A stretch of 64,000 nucleotides of DNA from assembly GCF_018977255.1 (NCBI RefSeq), contig NW_024704743.1, positions 106,518,001 through 106,582,000 on the forward strand, given 5' to 3'. Under the pieces are notes generated by a model that was not told where the DNA came from, searched no databases, and worked only from the letters and a program-made list of their open reading frames with translations. Shown here one piece after another: positions 23,090 through 36,659 of the stretch (its first letter is position 1; every line of letters begins with the position of its first letter). The position numbers and the translations under genes were made by a program. Source of the DNA: Callorhinchus milii. Taxonomy: Eukaryota.

Positions 23090-23400
23090 AAAAGTGCAGA
23101 GATCTTTCGGGTTGTGTGACAGTGATACAGTTCTGTGCCGAACATACTCGTCACGTCCCATAAGTGCTGTCTCCTTGGAGGACGTCCTCGGGGGGAGGTC
23201 CGCAATGTTCGTGGGCTCTGCTGATGACAGTCAAGACAGTCCGGTTCATTGGCAAGACTTGACAGGGCAGATCAGTAATGCAGGGAGTCATCCCACTCAG
23301 TTCCTCTTAACCCTGCAAGTCAAAGCCGTAACGGGTAGGGTGGGCCTAACTAGACAAGGAATGAGATGCTTGTCACACAGTGTACTTAATGGCAAATTAT
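23090..23400. repeat. Unclassified dispersed repeat (related copies at 33060-33370 and 58800-59075, opposite orientation)
   Basis: CATTGGCAAGACTTGACAGGGCAGATCAGT is the inverse of ACTGATCTGCTCTGCCAAGTCCTGCCAATG at about 58900. Confidence 0.6.
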
Positions 23401-23529
23401 GCTGTTTTAGCTGTTAAATTTCAGCAGGAGCCCAACCCAGGGAGGGAGGCACAGGGAAATTTCTCCATTCCAGGCACAGGGAAATTTCCATGTTTAGGGT
23501 GGGTACATATGTGAAACTCTGTTTGGTTA

Positions 23530-23862
23530 ATAATAATTTTTGCATTTGATCGTAGATAAAGTCTATGAGACATCTCAAAGCGCTTCACTGAATATGCTGT
23601 AAAGTGAATTAACTGCATACATTTTGTGGGTGAAACATGGTAACCAATTGCGCACAGCAGTGTCCCACAAATAGTCGTGCATTAAGTGACCAAATTACTA
23701 TTATTAATTTTTGGGAGGAGGAATTATTACCCCCGGAAAAGCAATTTGCCAATCGACTAACAACTGGGTTCCTACTTACTGCTGGGTAAACAACAGAGAC
23801 GTGCAGAGTAAAGAAGCTTGCCCAACATTTTTCCCCCTTGGGAATTGAACCCAGGTCTCTCG
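23530..23862 (-). mobile_element. tRNA-Ala/Deu SINE (long subfamily)
   Basis: Tail, Deu core and B-box region present. Confidence 0.8.
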
Positions 23863-24143
23863 ATAATAATCCTTACATTTGATATAACACCTTAGTGCGC
23901 TAACCATCAATACAATTGTCACTATTCCCCACCCACCCTTTAATATACACGCGATTTAGAAAAAGCATATTTATGTTCATAATTTTGTTGTGCACTGAAA
24001 ATTCTGCAGGATAAATTTTCTTATTTTTACAGTGTTGTAAGTATTTTTCAGAATGATTGATATCCTGTGGAGAGATGAGACCGTATTAGGTGAGAAGCGA
24101 TCAATTAGCACTGTACCATGAATATGTCAGCAACACAAACTAG

Positions 24144-24509
24144 ATAATAATAATAATACTTGCATTTGAAATAGTGCCTTATCACGTCTTTGCGACGTCT
24201 CAAAGCGCTTCACAGAATATACTGTAAAGTGAATTGACTGTATATTTTGTGGGCAAAATGAGGCAGCCAATTGCGCCCAGCAGTGTCCCATAAACAATCA
24301 TGATTGAACTGACCAATTTTGTTTAAGGAATTATTAGCCCCGGAAAAGCGATCCGCCAATCGTCTAACAACCGGGTTCCTACTCACTGCTAGGTAAACAG
24401 AAGTGTATGGAGTAAGGAAACTTGCCCAACATTTTGCCCTGCCAGGAATCAAACCCAGATGTCTCACTTGGGAGGCAAACATTCTAACCACTGAGCTATA
24501 GGACTCCAC
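24144..24509 (-). mobile_element. tRNA-Ala/Deu SINE, full length (long subfamily)
   Basis: Runs from the TGGAGTCCTATAGCTCAGTGGTTAGA head to the (TTA)n tail. Confidence 0.9.
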
Positions 24510-24961
24510 AACAATAATGACAATTTACATTTATATAGTACCTTTCACTTTGGGAAAAAATCTTAAAGAATTTCATACAACTGACTGGAAGCCCGGGCTA
24601 GCAGTTGAGGGGATGGGTGAGGAGGGTTAGAGAACGAGAGAAAAACGGGTCTGAAAGTATGGTCAAAGAGTTGTGTCTCAAGACTACAAGACTTCCATTT
24701 GATACAATTCATCACGGCACTAAGATTGGAAATTTGGTTTAATTTGCCATTTACTGTTTTGCACTAACAACTGGACTGCAAACAGTGTGTATGATCTGAA
24801 TAATCGTACAATTGAAATGCAAGAATGCACACCCTTCACTTTCTAATCCATCATGCATGCAGCAGTACAGGAGCACAGCACTCAATTTATTGGTTATTTG
24901 CACAACAGTGATTTTCATGCAGAGAGAAAAAAATTGATATTACAGTAAAACTTGCACACGT

Positions 24962-26393
24962 CTGATCTTCAGTCAGGTTTCCGTGCTGCCCATAGCACAG
25001 AAACTGCCCTGGTCAAGGTCACCAATGATATCCTGACCATCTGTGACCAGGGCTCCCTCTGTCTCCTCGTCCTCCTCGACCTATCGGCAGCATTCGATAC
25101 GGTCGACCACGCTATCCTACTCCACCGCTTGTCCTCCCACCTCAACCTTCAAGGCACTGTCCTTGAATGGTTTAGGTCGTACCTTTCTCACCGTCTTCAC
25201 TTTGTCTCGACGAATGGCTTCTCCTCCACCCCCCGTACTGTCTCATGTGGTGTCCCTCAGGGCTCTGTCCTCGGTCCCCTCCTCTTCACCCTCTATATGC
25301 TCCCCCTCGGTGACATCATCCGCAGACATGGAGTTAACTTCCACATGTATGCGGATGACACCCAACTCTACCTTTCCTCCTCTACTCTCAACTCCACGAC
25401 CACCGATGTCCTGACAGCCTGCCTGTCCGACATCGAGTCCTGGACGAGAGACAACTTTCTTCAGCTCAACGTGCGAAAAACCGAGGCCCTCCTGATTGGC
25501 TCACGTCAGCGCCTCCGCACCTCAGGCGCTGACACCATCAGCATCCAAGGCTGCACTCTCCACCTCTCAAAGGCAGTCAGGAACCTCGGCGTTTTGTTCG
25601 ACCCTGAGCTGTCCTTTCTCCCTCACATCCGCACCACAACTGGCACCGCCTTCCATCACCTCCGGAACATCGCCAGACTACGGCACTACCTCACCCCTCA
25701 CGCTGCTGAAACCCTGGTCCACGCCTTTGTCACCTCAAGGCTGGACTATGGGAACTCTCTCCTCGCCGGCCTTCCCGCCACCTCCCTCCACAAGCTGCAG
25801 GTCATTCAGAACTCTGCAGCTCGTGTACTGTCCCGCACCAGGCTTCGGGACCACATCACTCCCACCCTCGCTCGCCTCCACTGGCTCCCCATCCCCCAGA
25901 GGATTGATTTCAAGATCCTCATCCTCACCTACAAGGCCATTCACGGCCTTGCTCCCTCCTACCTCTCCAACCTACTATCCCCCTACCTACCTGCCCGTAC
26001 CCTCCGTTCCTCTGGCTCTGGTCTGCTCCACGTCCCCCGCCCCAACCGCCCTACCATCGGTGGTCGGGCCTTCAGCCTCTCAGCCCCCAGGCTCTGGAAC
26101 TCCATCCCCCAGTGCCTTCGCCTTGCTTCCTCCCTTTCCTCCTTCAAGGCCGGTCTCAAAATCTTTCTCTTTGACCGTGCCTTCAGCTCCCCTCTCGACT
26201 CTCTTCCCCCTCCTCGCTCCCTCCCTTCCCTCCCCTCACCCTGACCATTTCCCCCCTCCTTGCTCCCTCCCTTCCCTCCCCTCACCCTGACCATTTCCCC
26301 CCTGCTCGGGTCATGACCCAACTGTGCAGCGCCTTGGGACGTCCTCCTGACGTGAAAGGCGCTTTATAAATGTAATCTTCTTGTTGTTGTTGT
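24962..26393 (+). mobile_element. Young 5'-truncated L2 LINE with an uninterrupted RT C-terminal ORF (24952-26244)
   Basis: Motifs [40 protein letters not shown] and YADDTQLY; 3' stem-loop and (TTG)n tail. Confidence 0.95.
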
Positions 26394-26629
26394 ATAAATC
26401 ATACAATCGCCGAAGTCATACGTCTGCCCAAGTCTGATTCAAGAGTTTATATTCTATTCAAGTTTGACATAACTCATACTGTGCATCAATTATATTAAAT
26501 GTATGGTCCCAACTGATATGACTTACGTGAGATTTACTGTATTAAATAACAATTGCAATAAGACAGATTTATTAGTTCATGCTCTAACAAATACATTTAA
26601 ACTCTAGCGAAGATAAGACTTGGACTTAC

Positions 26630-26755
26630 TTTTTTAAAGCGATCACTATGTATAGGCTACGTGGCATCACAAGTATCACTTGCTCCCGTAAGATGGCATC
26701 CACAATCCTTTTGGAAGCGTAATGTGAATCTAAAATGGGAAGAAGAAGGGGCCAC
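26630..26755 (-). CDS. SDR16C5: SDR16C5 coding exon 5 ((K)WPLLLPILDSHYASKRIVDAILREQVILVMPRSLYIVIALK)
   Basis: Acceptor tgcag, donor AA|GTAAGT, 126 nt, in frame with exon 4. Confidence 0.92.
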
Positions 26756-28003
26756 CTGCACAAAAATTGAGTACAGATTATTTTCTAATAGATAAAATCC
26801 TGTGCTCAGGGATGTTTTGGACATGCATTTTAATGAACATACATTGTAAGTGTTTGTGAGGCATTATCATACGTGAGAGGTGCTATATTAATGCCATTTA
26901 TCATGTCACAATATACTGAAGCCCTTAACAGTAAGTAGTTACTTGTAGCAATTGTTTTTACTATTTTGTGCACAGCAATGTCCCACAAGCATCCTGAGGT
27001 GAAGGGCCAATTTATCTGGACTACTGTTGGCCAGGACACCAGAAGAAGTTGCCTTCTCCTTTCGAATAGTGCTGTGGGATCTTTTAACATCCATGTGAAG
27101 AACAGGACTTGGGGTCTTGGGTTAATCAGCGCCTTGAGACGTCCTCCCGACGTGAAAGGCGTTATACAAATGTAATCTTGTTGTTGTTGTTAATGTCTAG
27201 CTCGAAGAACAGCACCTCTGAAATATAGCGATGTAGAAACAAAGACTGGATAGTCAAATCCCAACAGGAAGCTTGAATCCACAAGATTTTCTGAGAGTGC
27301 TACCAACTGAGCCAGGCTGAAATCCTTACTTGCAAATATACACTGTATATAATATATGTATATATTATGTAGATATATGTGTGTAATATCTCTGCTTGTT
27401 AAATTAATTGTAGTGAAAAATGAAGTACTTAGAAAAACACAAAATTTTAGAACAAAACAATGCCAAGGAGGACATCAGTTTACCACGTGAATGGGAGAAG
27501 GATGAAGGTGGGTGAACTTGAACTTCTGAAATGGATCAGAAAGTAGGCAGAGAGAAATGTGGGGGATAACATATATGAATCTGCGTTACTATCGAGAGGA
27601 ATACCAAGCAGGGTGTTTCAGGATTAATTCAAGACCTAATGCTTTTTACATGGGACTTTTGAAAGTTAGGTCAGAAACCAAAGGCGCTGGACAATCAGTG
27701 TTTCGGACTTGAGTCGATTCACATTTTAATAATATGTAAACCTTTTAATGGTTATAAAAGGTCTTAAAACACTTGTCACTTGCCACTTAAAATTACATCT
27801 CATGTGCACCACAAGCTTCAACTTTCACCAGATGCAATTCCGATTAATTGGTAGTATTGTGAAAATGTCACTGCAAAATGATTCAAAGTGCCATAGCATT
27901 AAAGTCTCACACTTAAATACTGTACATTTATATATTATTAAGCTTTGAGAGAATAGTGTTTAAGTTACAGATTCCACATCCAATAAATCAATTCTCTACT
28001 TAC

Positions 28004-28148
28004 TTGGTCTGGCAGCCATCAAACATGCCAGTGTTTATGAAGTACGGGCAGGCAATTGTGGTCTTGATACCATTCTTTCCCAACTTAAGTAGCTCCATGG
28101 CAATAGACTCAGCAAAGCCAAGTGCTGCAAACTTGCTCGAACAATAAT
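28004..28148 (-). CDS. SDR16C5: SDR16C5 coding exon 4 ([48 protein letters not shown])
   Basis: Catalytic YxxxK (YCSSK); acceptor cacag, donor GTAAGT, 145 nt. Confidence 0.95.
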
Positions 28149-29283
28149 CTGTGGAAAGGCAATGATTGTTCACTAACAAGCCCACACTAATCGGTTTCAT
28201 CAAGGCTAAAGTCAGTTTTAATACCTAAAGGAATACGGCTGTTCAGGGAAATTTTAAAGAGATTAACATAATGTGAATTTCATTATATTTCACACTAATT
28301 GATTCATGCTGAGGCAGGATTCCAGGCTGTAATCTGTAGTTTATCTCTTTCAAATGCATTTGTGTAACATTTCCAGTTTGTTTTAATGTTTACTGCACCT
28401 CCCTGTAGATCAACACCTGAGAGGTAAACCTGAATGTAATATCTCAAAAGCAGATGAATTTCTTGTTATATATGAACAAGCATCAATCCTCCAGGCCAAA
28501 GTGCTGAATAGCCAGAAATGACTATACGTGGACTTTGATTTTTGTGTCAACTATCAAAGTAATATACAGGCAAGAATGTTTAATTCACATTTGCATGTGA
28601 GCACATTGCATTCAAGTTTATCTTTTTTAAATGCTAACACACATTATAGAAGATATGCACACTGGATATATTAACATCAGGTTCTCAAGTCATTTTCTCT
28701 GCGACAGCCAAATGCATTCAGCAGTGTCTCATGAACAGTCATGGATTGAGTGACCAAGTTATTTTTATTTATTTTTGAAGGAATTATTACCCCCGGAAAA
28801 GCGATCCGCCAATCAACTAACAACTGGGTTCTTACCTACTGCTAGGTAAACAGAAGCTTGTGGAGTAAATAAACTTGTCCAACGTTTTGCCCTGCCAGTA
28901 ATCAAACCCAGGTAACATTCCCGCATTTCAGCAATGGAGTATCAGCCCTGGACTGTGAGCTTAAAGTTCTGATGACTTTATACACTATTTCTCAATTGTT
29001 TTGATACCCAGATTGGCTCAGGTTCTTCTTAAATTATGAAAGCCCATAAGTAAATAAAATACATTGTTCTTAATAGCTAGGAAGGTATTTAAAAATACAA
29101 TTTGCATGTTTCAGGATTGGAAAGAACATGGTGCCAAATTGCCTGAGCAATCATTTGTAAGTTGTAAAGCTTGGCCTAATACTATCTAGAATCGCTTTCA
29201 AGTGTTTTTTTTCTTTCAAATTCCGATACAAGGTCATATATAAAATTCATATTTTAATATAAAAATAAGAATTTGAATGCATC

Positions 29284-29668
29284 GGAGTCTTGTAGCTCAG
29301 TGGTTAGAGCACTCGCCTCGCAAGTGAGAGACCTGGGTTCTATTCCCAGCAATGCAAAATGTTGTGCAAGTTTCCTTACTCCACACGCCCCGGTTTACTG
29401 AGCAGTAAGTAGGAACCTGGTCGTTATTCGATTGGCGGATCGCTTTTCTGGGGATGATAATAATACCAAACAAAAAAAATAATAATTTGGTCACTCAGTA
29501 CACAACTGTTTGTGCGACACTGCTGTGCGTAATTGGCTGCCGCGTTTCGCCCACAAATATACAGTCAATTCACTTTACAGTATATTCCGTGAGGCGCTTT
29601 GTGATGTCTAGAAGACATGAAAAGCGCTATACCAAATGCAAGGATTATTATTATTATTATATAATAAT
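29284..29668 (+). mobile_element. tRNA-Ala/Deu SINE, full length (long subfamily)
   Basis: Head, internal segment, Deu core and tail all present. Confidence 0.9.
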
Positions 29669-29669
29669 A

Positions 29670-30020
29670 AAGGATAGTTGAGGGTCAAACAAGACCCCAA
29701 GGTTCCGAACTGGCTTAATAAGGTGGAGTTTGCAACTATGAATGGTGATGCTGTCAGTGCCTGAGGTGAGGAGGCACTGACAGGAGCCAATCAAGAGAGT
29801 CTCGGTCTTGTTGACATTCAACTGTAGAAAATTAGCTCACATCCAGGATTTGATGTGTGACAGACATTCTGTCAGGACAGCAGCGGTTCTGGAGTCAAGG
29901 GTTGAGGCAGAGAGGCGTCATCCGCATACATGTGGAAGTTGAACCCATGTTTGCGAATGATGTCACCAAGAGGGAGCATATAGGTATTGAAGAGGAGGGG
30001 AGCAAGGACAGAGCCCTATG
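29670..30020 (-). mobile_element. Degenerate L2 RT fragment
   Basis: Inverse similarity to the L2 at about 25260-25620 (YADD region). Confidence 0.75.
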
Positions 30021-30310
30021 TAATATTAAATGTGAATAAATGCTACTATTACTAAAGAGCAAGTTATTCTGTTTATTCTTGAACATGATTTTGAGTGTAT
30101 GTGTGTGTGTGTCTGTCACTCACCCAAATGCACAAAATCCCAACCCAAAAAAATCTAACTTTAAACACATGTGACAGACAAAATAGGTTGAAAAACACCT
30201 AAAATATGAGCAGTTTGGTGCTAAACAGACACATGCTTCCCTCTTGTGATATTCAACCTGAAATGATGAAAATGCTCAAAAGGATAGCAGATTACAGAGC
30301 CGAGTCCTAC

Positions 30311-30410
30311 CTGCCAAGCCGTTGACTCCAATCATTCCCGCAGAGCTGGCAATGGAGACCAGGTGGCCATGGTTGCTGGCGATCATTGCAGGCAGGAATG
30401 CTTTGTAGGT
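30311..30410 (-). CDS. SDR16C5: SDR16C5 coding exon 3 ([33 protein letters not shown])
   Basis: Acceptor tttttag, donor G|GTAGG, 100 nt; covers the catalytic Ser region. Confidence 0.95.
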
Positions 30411-32877
30411 CTAAAAACAGTTAATCCTCAAAATTACTCTTTAACTTAACCAAGGGTACAGTATTTTCACTCTTCTATACTCGTTATAAAAAACGTTATA
30501 AAACCTCATTAGTGCATTAGAGATGTTTTTCCATCCGACAAGTCTTCTGCGATGTGTTATAATCTTTCCAAAACCCTGACTGTCCAGCACCTTGGGACAT
30601 CCTCCCAACGTGAAAGGAGCTATACAAATGTAATTTGTTGTTCTTGTTGCATTTGCAGCTGATATTTCATTTGTATTGTTGAGTTTATGGTGCATTACTG
30701 AGTAAACATACTGAGTAAATATCCATCGGGAGTCGCTTTGAAATTTTAAAAGGTCTGATGATCACAACAAGGTCATCAATGAAATGTAAAATTATGACAA
30801 TTAAAACCACAAGAGTTTGCTTTAAGCAAATTATATATATATATATATATTCTTAAAACAGCCATGTTCGTCCCTGCCTGTTCCCTTGTGTAAATTGGAT
30901 GTTCACAAAGTAACACTTTCCAAATGTATTGCTTATTGGCACCAACCGATCTGTTATGATCCAGCTGGCGAGAAGAACAGAGAATGGAAAACATTGTGTT
31001 ACTTGTGTAGCAGGAGACGTTGGAGTCTATGTGTGTCTGCATTGTCAGGAAAACAAAGGAAAATCTAAATTGCAATGGGTCTGAAAATGGTTTGGGTTTG
31101 GAGGGGGAAGAAAGAAAATAATGTTCCATTGCTTCAAGAAAGTTAATTGGGTCAAGGATTAAAAGGGATAATTGGAGGGGGAGGCAGAATAACCTGCTCT
31201 TCAGTGATAGTAGTGGTGCTTTTTATCATAGCAATATGAATTCTGGCACCAGGTAACACCCGAGTGTACTAAGAATGCACCCTGAAGCACATTGCATGTA
31301 CATATTACATGTATGCTGCCTCAGCATCATGCTGGGGTAATCTATGCACCATTACAGATATCATCTATGAGTGCACATGTTGTGAGTCAATCAGCAAGAT
31401 GTGTGCACATCCTCAAAGCTTAAAAATAGCATACAATTCTGTATTTCAATTGACCCTCTGCCACCAAATAACAAGTAATTATGGTGAAAAAAATCATTAC
31501 AGGTACTTTAAAAGTTATTACTCATGGTACACTACAGCATCAAGACTGAACAAAGTAGGCAAGAAGATAAACCTAGCTAAATTTGGAAGAAGTTATGAAA
31601 CACTAAGACAGGTTTAGTTTTGGCTCCTCCAAGGTTGACTTCTCCAATGCTCTCCCCAATGTTTCCTCATTGGACTTTCTAGTTCTATATTTCACAAACT
31701 CAACCAGAATGCTGTATGCACTAACATAGAGTTGTCCAATACCTGAATCACCAGCCACATGAGGCAAATTGGGAATCCATGTGTGACAAAATTGTATTTT
31801 TGATTAGTAAAAAAAACTGAGTCATCGACACAGTCATTGAGTACGTGATCTCAATACTGTGCACTTTCACCTTTTTCTGTGCTTGTTGGGAAAAAGGTAA
31901 GACAAAAAGCAGAGTGTGAGAGTGTTTTTTGAACGTTGTGTGTGCTTTAACAAACATCCCAAGGTGTGTCCAGCGCCTTCGGAAGTCCTCCAGATGTGAA
32001 AGTTAATTTTACATTTTATTTTGTATTTACTTGATTGGTTACTGCTTATTGGTGTGTAACAAAGGTGAAAACATCAGATTTCAACAGCATGGAAGCCCCA
32101 GCAATATTGTATGGAGAGGGGAGCTTGACCAATTGGAAAAACGTCTCCAGGCCAGCAGAAGAAAGCCAGCCCAGCCAATAACAAGCAGCTCCAACACGGC
32201 ACGTCATGGCCAATGGCAAACAGCATCCAACCACACTCTGCATGGAGAGCAAGGGTGGGTCTGGTACATCTCACAAAAGAAAAATAAAGAGAAGAGCAAA
32301 ACTTCCAAAGAATTCCAAACTTTGGCGAGAGACAAAGACAGCAAAGTTTCACCCTGAATGATGGTAGATGTATATGTGAAGTACAATTTACCTGTATTGT
32401 GTGAGTGTATGTAAGATGTTTTCTACTAAAATTAGTGCATGTGTCTAAAACAGTGTTGGTGTAGTCACACACAGTGTCAGCTAGTCAACAAATTCTATTG
32501 GAGAACACTGCTCTAGTGATACTGCACATTTGAGTATCAACACATACCAACCGGGAGTAGAGAGACAGAAGTGTATTCCTTGACTCCATATAATAGAAAC
32601 TCTGATAATGCAAAGAACCCCAAGCACTGAATTGGAAAGGCAGCCTAGATTATGAGTTCAAAGACCCAAAATGGGGTTTCAACCCAGAACCTTCAAACTC
32701 AGAGGTGTGACCAACTGAGCCAGGCAGACACCTAATTTTATTCTGAGATGAACCCAGGTAGTTTATCACCTTAATATTTTCAATGCAATTATTTATTGGC
32801 TAGATACATTCATTAAATAAAATTACTGATCTCTGGTTCACATCATCTAAAAACTGGCAGTAGAGTACTGTACTTAC

Positions 32878-33009
32878 CCAGAAATGGGCCAGAGTGTTCA
32901 CCTCCAAAGTTTTCTCCAGCAAGTTGTCTGGCACATCCATGAATTTCTTTCCAGAGACAATACCTGCATTGTTTATCAGGATACTGACATCTCCAACTTC
33001 TCGCTTCAC
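32878..33009 (-). CDS. SDR16C5: SDR16C5 coding exon 2 ([44 protein letters not shown])
   Basis: NNAG motif; acceptor ataag, donor GTAAGT, 132 nt. Confidence 0.95.
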
Positions 33010-33059
33010 CTTATAATAAAAAAGTGGCGAAAATGCTCATTAATTTCATGATCTTGCCA

Positions 33060-33370
33060 TTGAGAGTACTGCCTGGCAAGCTTTCCCATTGCTTGTCTAG
33101 CTGGGACCACCCTACCTGTTATGGCTGTTGAAGCAAGAGTCTGCTGTGGGGTTAACAGGAACTGAGTGAGTAGAATCTCTGCCCCAGGGACTGGTCTGTC
33201 TTTCCAAGTCCTGCTAATGAACCAGGCTGGCCCTGGATTATTGTGGACCTGCCTGGCTCAGGAACTAGACAACCAAGACTGCCACAGAGGATTCCTTTGA
33301 TTATGACATTCCATTGCCAAACACGTCACATTGGGGCCAATTCAGCTCCAAGGAACTCTCGCTGTCTGCT
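33060..33370. repeat. Unclassified dispersed repeat copy
   Basis: CTCAGGAACTAGACAACCAAGACTGCCACAGAGG is also found at about 58988. Confidence 0.6.
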
Positions 33371-34209
33371 CCCCATCCCCTTCATTCATCTCCTTCTCAC
33401 CACCTCTCGCTTTGATGTTCTACACTAACCCTGAGGAGTTCCAAGACAGTATCAGATGTGAAATGCAGAACACAAGTATGTTGTTACATGTACAGTGTAA
33501 CAGTGTATAAAGTTGGGTTAGAGACAGGAAGAGAGAGAAAGTCAGAGAAAGTAAGAGTGAAAGACAAAGAGAAGTCAGAGAGAGATGCATACATTTACGT
33601 TTGGTGATTTTGTACAAAGGAATTTGTTTATTTATGACTGATCAATGAAATAACCCTCCCTCTGTATTACAATTGTGCAATTGTCTTTTGAATTTTAAAT
33701 CATTAACAGTGATTTTACAATGCCATTCTGCCCTGCATATACACAGTAACTAACTTACAACTGGAGTTATGAGGAAAGGCAAGAGTTCTAATAATGAAAC
33801 CCCATGAAAGTAAAAGGGATGAAGTTGGGAGTATTTCTTTCACAATGAGAGTTGTTTGAAATGTGGAAAGCCTTATAACAAATGGTTATTGAAGCAAGAG
33901 TTTGCAATAACTTCCACTGATAGTGTAATACCACATGTCCCCAATTTCTGTGGAATATCCCTGGATGTGGTATTGTGTCCCTGGCCAGATTGCCCTGACT
34001 TGAGTTCAGAAACAAGCTGAGCAAGAATAACAAAATCCTAAAACAGATACACTCCTCAGAGAAATTAATCCAACAAGCTTCTCCAGTGCTACCAGCATCA
34101 GGAATTGTGGTAAGTTCAATTTTTTTAAAATATGGTTTACAAAATATAACATCTCAATGTGATTTACAAATGAGTGCAAACAGGAACAAGATGGAAAATA
34201 AAGCATGGA

Positions 34210-34720
34210 TGAGAGAAATGACCAAAAGCAAGATTAAGAGGTAGGTATTTAGTAGGCTTTTGAAAACAATGAGGGAGTGGGTGAAACAGGGAAGGTTTGA
34301 GACTCCGTTCCAGGGAGCGGTGGCACTTGGCTGAAAGCTATCAAAAATGGGGGTGGGGAGTTGTGAATGCAACATGCAGTAGGCCTGAGTTTGTGGAGGT
34401 GGAGGGAGGAGAATTGGATTGGATAAAATTGCAGAAATAGGGCAGGGCAAGGAAACATGTGAAAGTCAGGGTGAGGGTTTAAATCAATCTGCTAAGGAAC
34501 AGAGGGCCAGTGGAATCTGGCAAGCATGGGGGTGATAAGCTTGTGGAGCCTAGAGCCTGAGAGAGAATATGGGCTGCAGAGTTCTGGATAAGATTAGAGG
34601 ATCAAGCTAAAAAACCCAACAAGCACAGGACTAAAGAATTAAGTCGAGAGGTGACAAAGGCATGAAGGAAAGATCTGGCTGCAATGGGGGAGAGCTGGAG
34701 GCGGAGAAAAGCAGCCTTCT
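34210..34720 (-). mobile_element. Old L2-like 3' fragment
   Basis: Degenerate similarity to the L2 ORF2 end (PWNGVSNLP..FKSLLNTYLL). Confidence 0.5.
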
Positions 34721-36659
34721 TTGCTCAAGGACCAGACATTGCTTAATTAGTCAAGATTTCACAATAGCTCAGTGAACAATTACAAGGAGACCAACAATCT
34801 CCCATGGAACACCACCCCAGCCAGAGATAGGCCAGATGACGAGCAGTGAGATATACGCTTGTGGGGAGAAAGTTAGAAAAGTAATTGGACACACTACATT
34901 TTAAAGAAAAAGAGTTCAACAGCTCCAGTGGGAGAGTTGACACTAGTACAAATATAAAGGGCTTAGTACAAACATAAAGAATACAGCACACACTGTTTAC
35001 AAGAGCATCCAATGCCAGAGACTTGTGTAATTTTCCGGATGCCACATCTGTTTAGATAAAATAAGGATTGTCTGAGAAAATATAAAAAGTAAATTAAATT
35101 TAAGTAAACCAACTTTCATTTAATGAGTGACTTCTCTCATACTTCGTCATTGCTGTGTTGCTGCTAATTCTCTGTTATCTTCTCTAATCCCTTTCCTTTC
35201 CCCCATAACCTTTTAGATTATTTTGCTTGAAGTGTTTATCCAATTATCTTTTAAATGCTGACTTGGACTCAGAATCAATGTCCAGTGTAATATCAATGAA
35301 CAAAGATCGTTTATGCAAATAATGCAGGTCACTGAATAAACATTACTGTAAGTTACTGGCTATGCAAACAGCAAAAGTATTCAACAAGATTATGTTTTTG
35401 AGGAGAGTTTACTGTACATTATACACAATATAAAGTTTAGGTTCTTTTGAAAAGTTTAAGGCAGTTTTTTTTTGACAAAGTTAACATAGCTGAAGATAAT
35501 AATCCCTGCATTTGATAAACGTACCTTAACACATCACCAAAAACGACTCAAATCACTTCACTGCATTTACTGTGAGTAAAATGACTATATTTGTAAGAGA
35601 ACACAACCAATTTGAACACAGCAATGTCCCTACTGGTAGGCAAGGGAGAGGCGAAACAGTGGAAATGTACTGTAGAGTGGTAGGTCAATGGTTTTACTTT
35701 TTGTTAAGCGTAAATGCCAGTTACACGCAGCAATGGAGTGAGTGACCAATTTTATTTGGGGAATCGTTGACCAGATCACCAGGACAAACCCCTTCTCTTT
35801 ACGAATAGTGCCATGGGATCTTTAATGCCCTCCTGACCTAGGTTTATCGCCTCATCTGAAGGATGGCACCTCCAACAATTCAGCACACACAGCTTGGATT
35901 ATGACTTGAAGCAAAATGGCTTGGATAGCAATAAATAACTACAGTAGGGTGATAGGCCAGTGGTTTTACTTTTTGTTAAGTGCAAAGTTTAGATGTAATA
36001 GGTATGTTCTGTTAGTTTATACAGCTGGTGTAAAATAAATGAGCTGGAACAAATGTAAACTTATTGCCTGGGTTGAAGTGGGATGGTTTAGAAGGCGGGT
36101 ATCATGCTTAACCTGAAAATCAAGTAAAACAGATGTTTGGCGTTTAATTCTTTTCGTAGCAGGCATTTAAGGGTGTAATATAATAATAATCCTTGCATTT
36201 GATATAGTGCTTTTCACGTCTTCTCGATGTCTCAAAGCACTTCACAGAATAGACTGTGAAGTGAATTGACCGTATGTTTGCGGGCGAAACGCGGCAGCCA
36301 ATTGCGCACATCAGAGTCCCACGAACAGTCGTTGATTGAAAATGACCAATTTATTATTGTGTACTATAGAATGTACTGACTTGCAGTAATGCTGATACAT
36401 AGTTGGCTTTGTATCAACTTGTTCAAGGTTATAAGGGTGGCGTGTTAGGAACGCTAGCAAGGAAGTTCTGCTAAATCTTTATAAGTCACTGGTTAGGCCT
36501 CAGCTGGAGTATTGTGTTCAATTCTGGGCACCACGCTTTGGAAGGATATCAAGGCCTTGAAGATTTACGAGAATGGTATCAGGGACATTGGTTATGTGGA
36601 GAGCTAGAAAAACTGGGATTATTCTTCTTGGAGCAGAGAAAGTTAAACTTGGAAATTAT

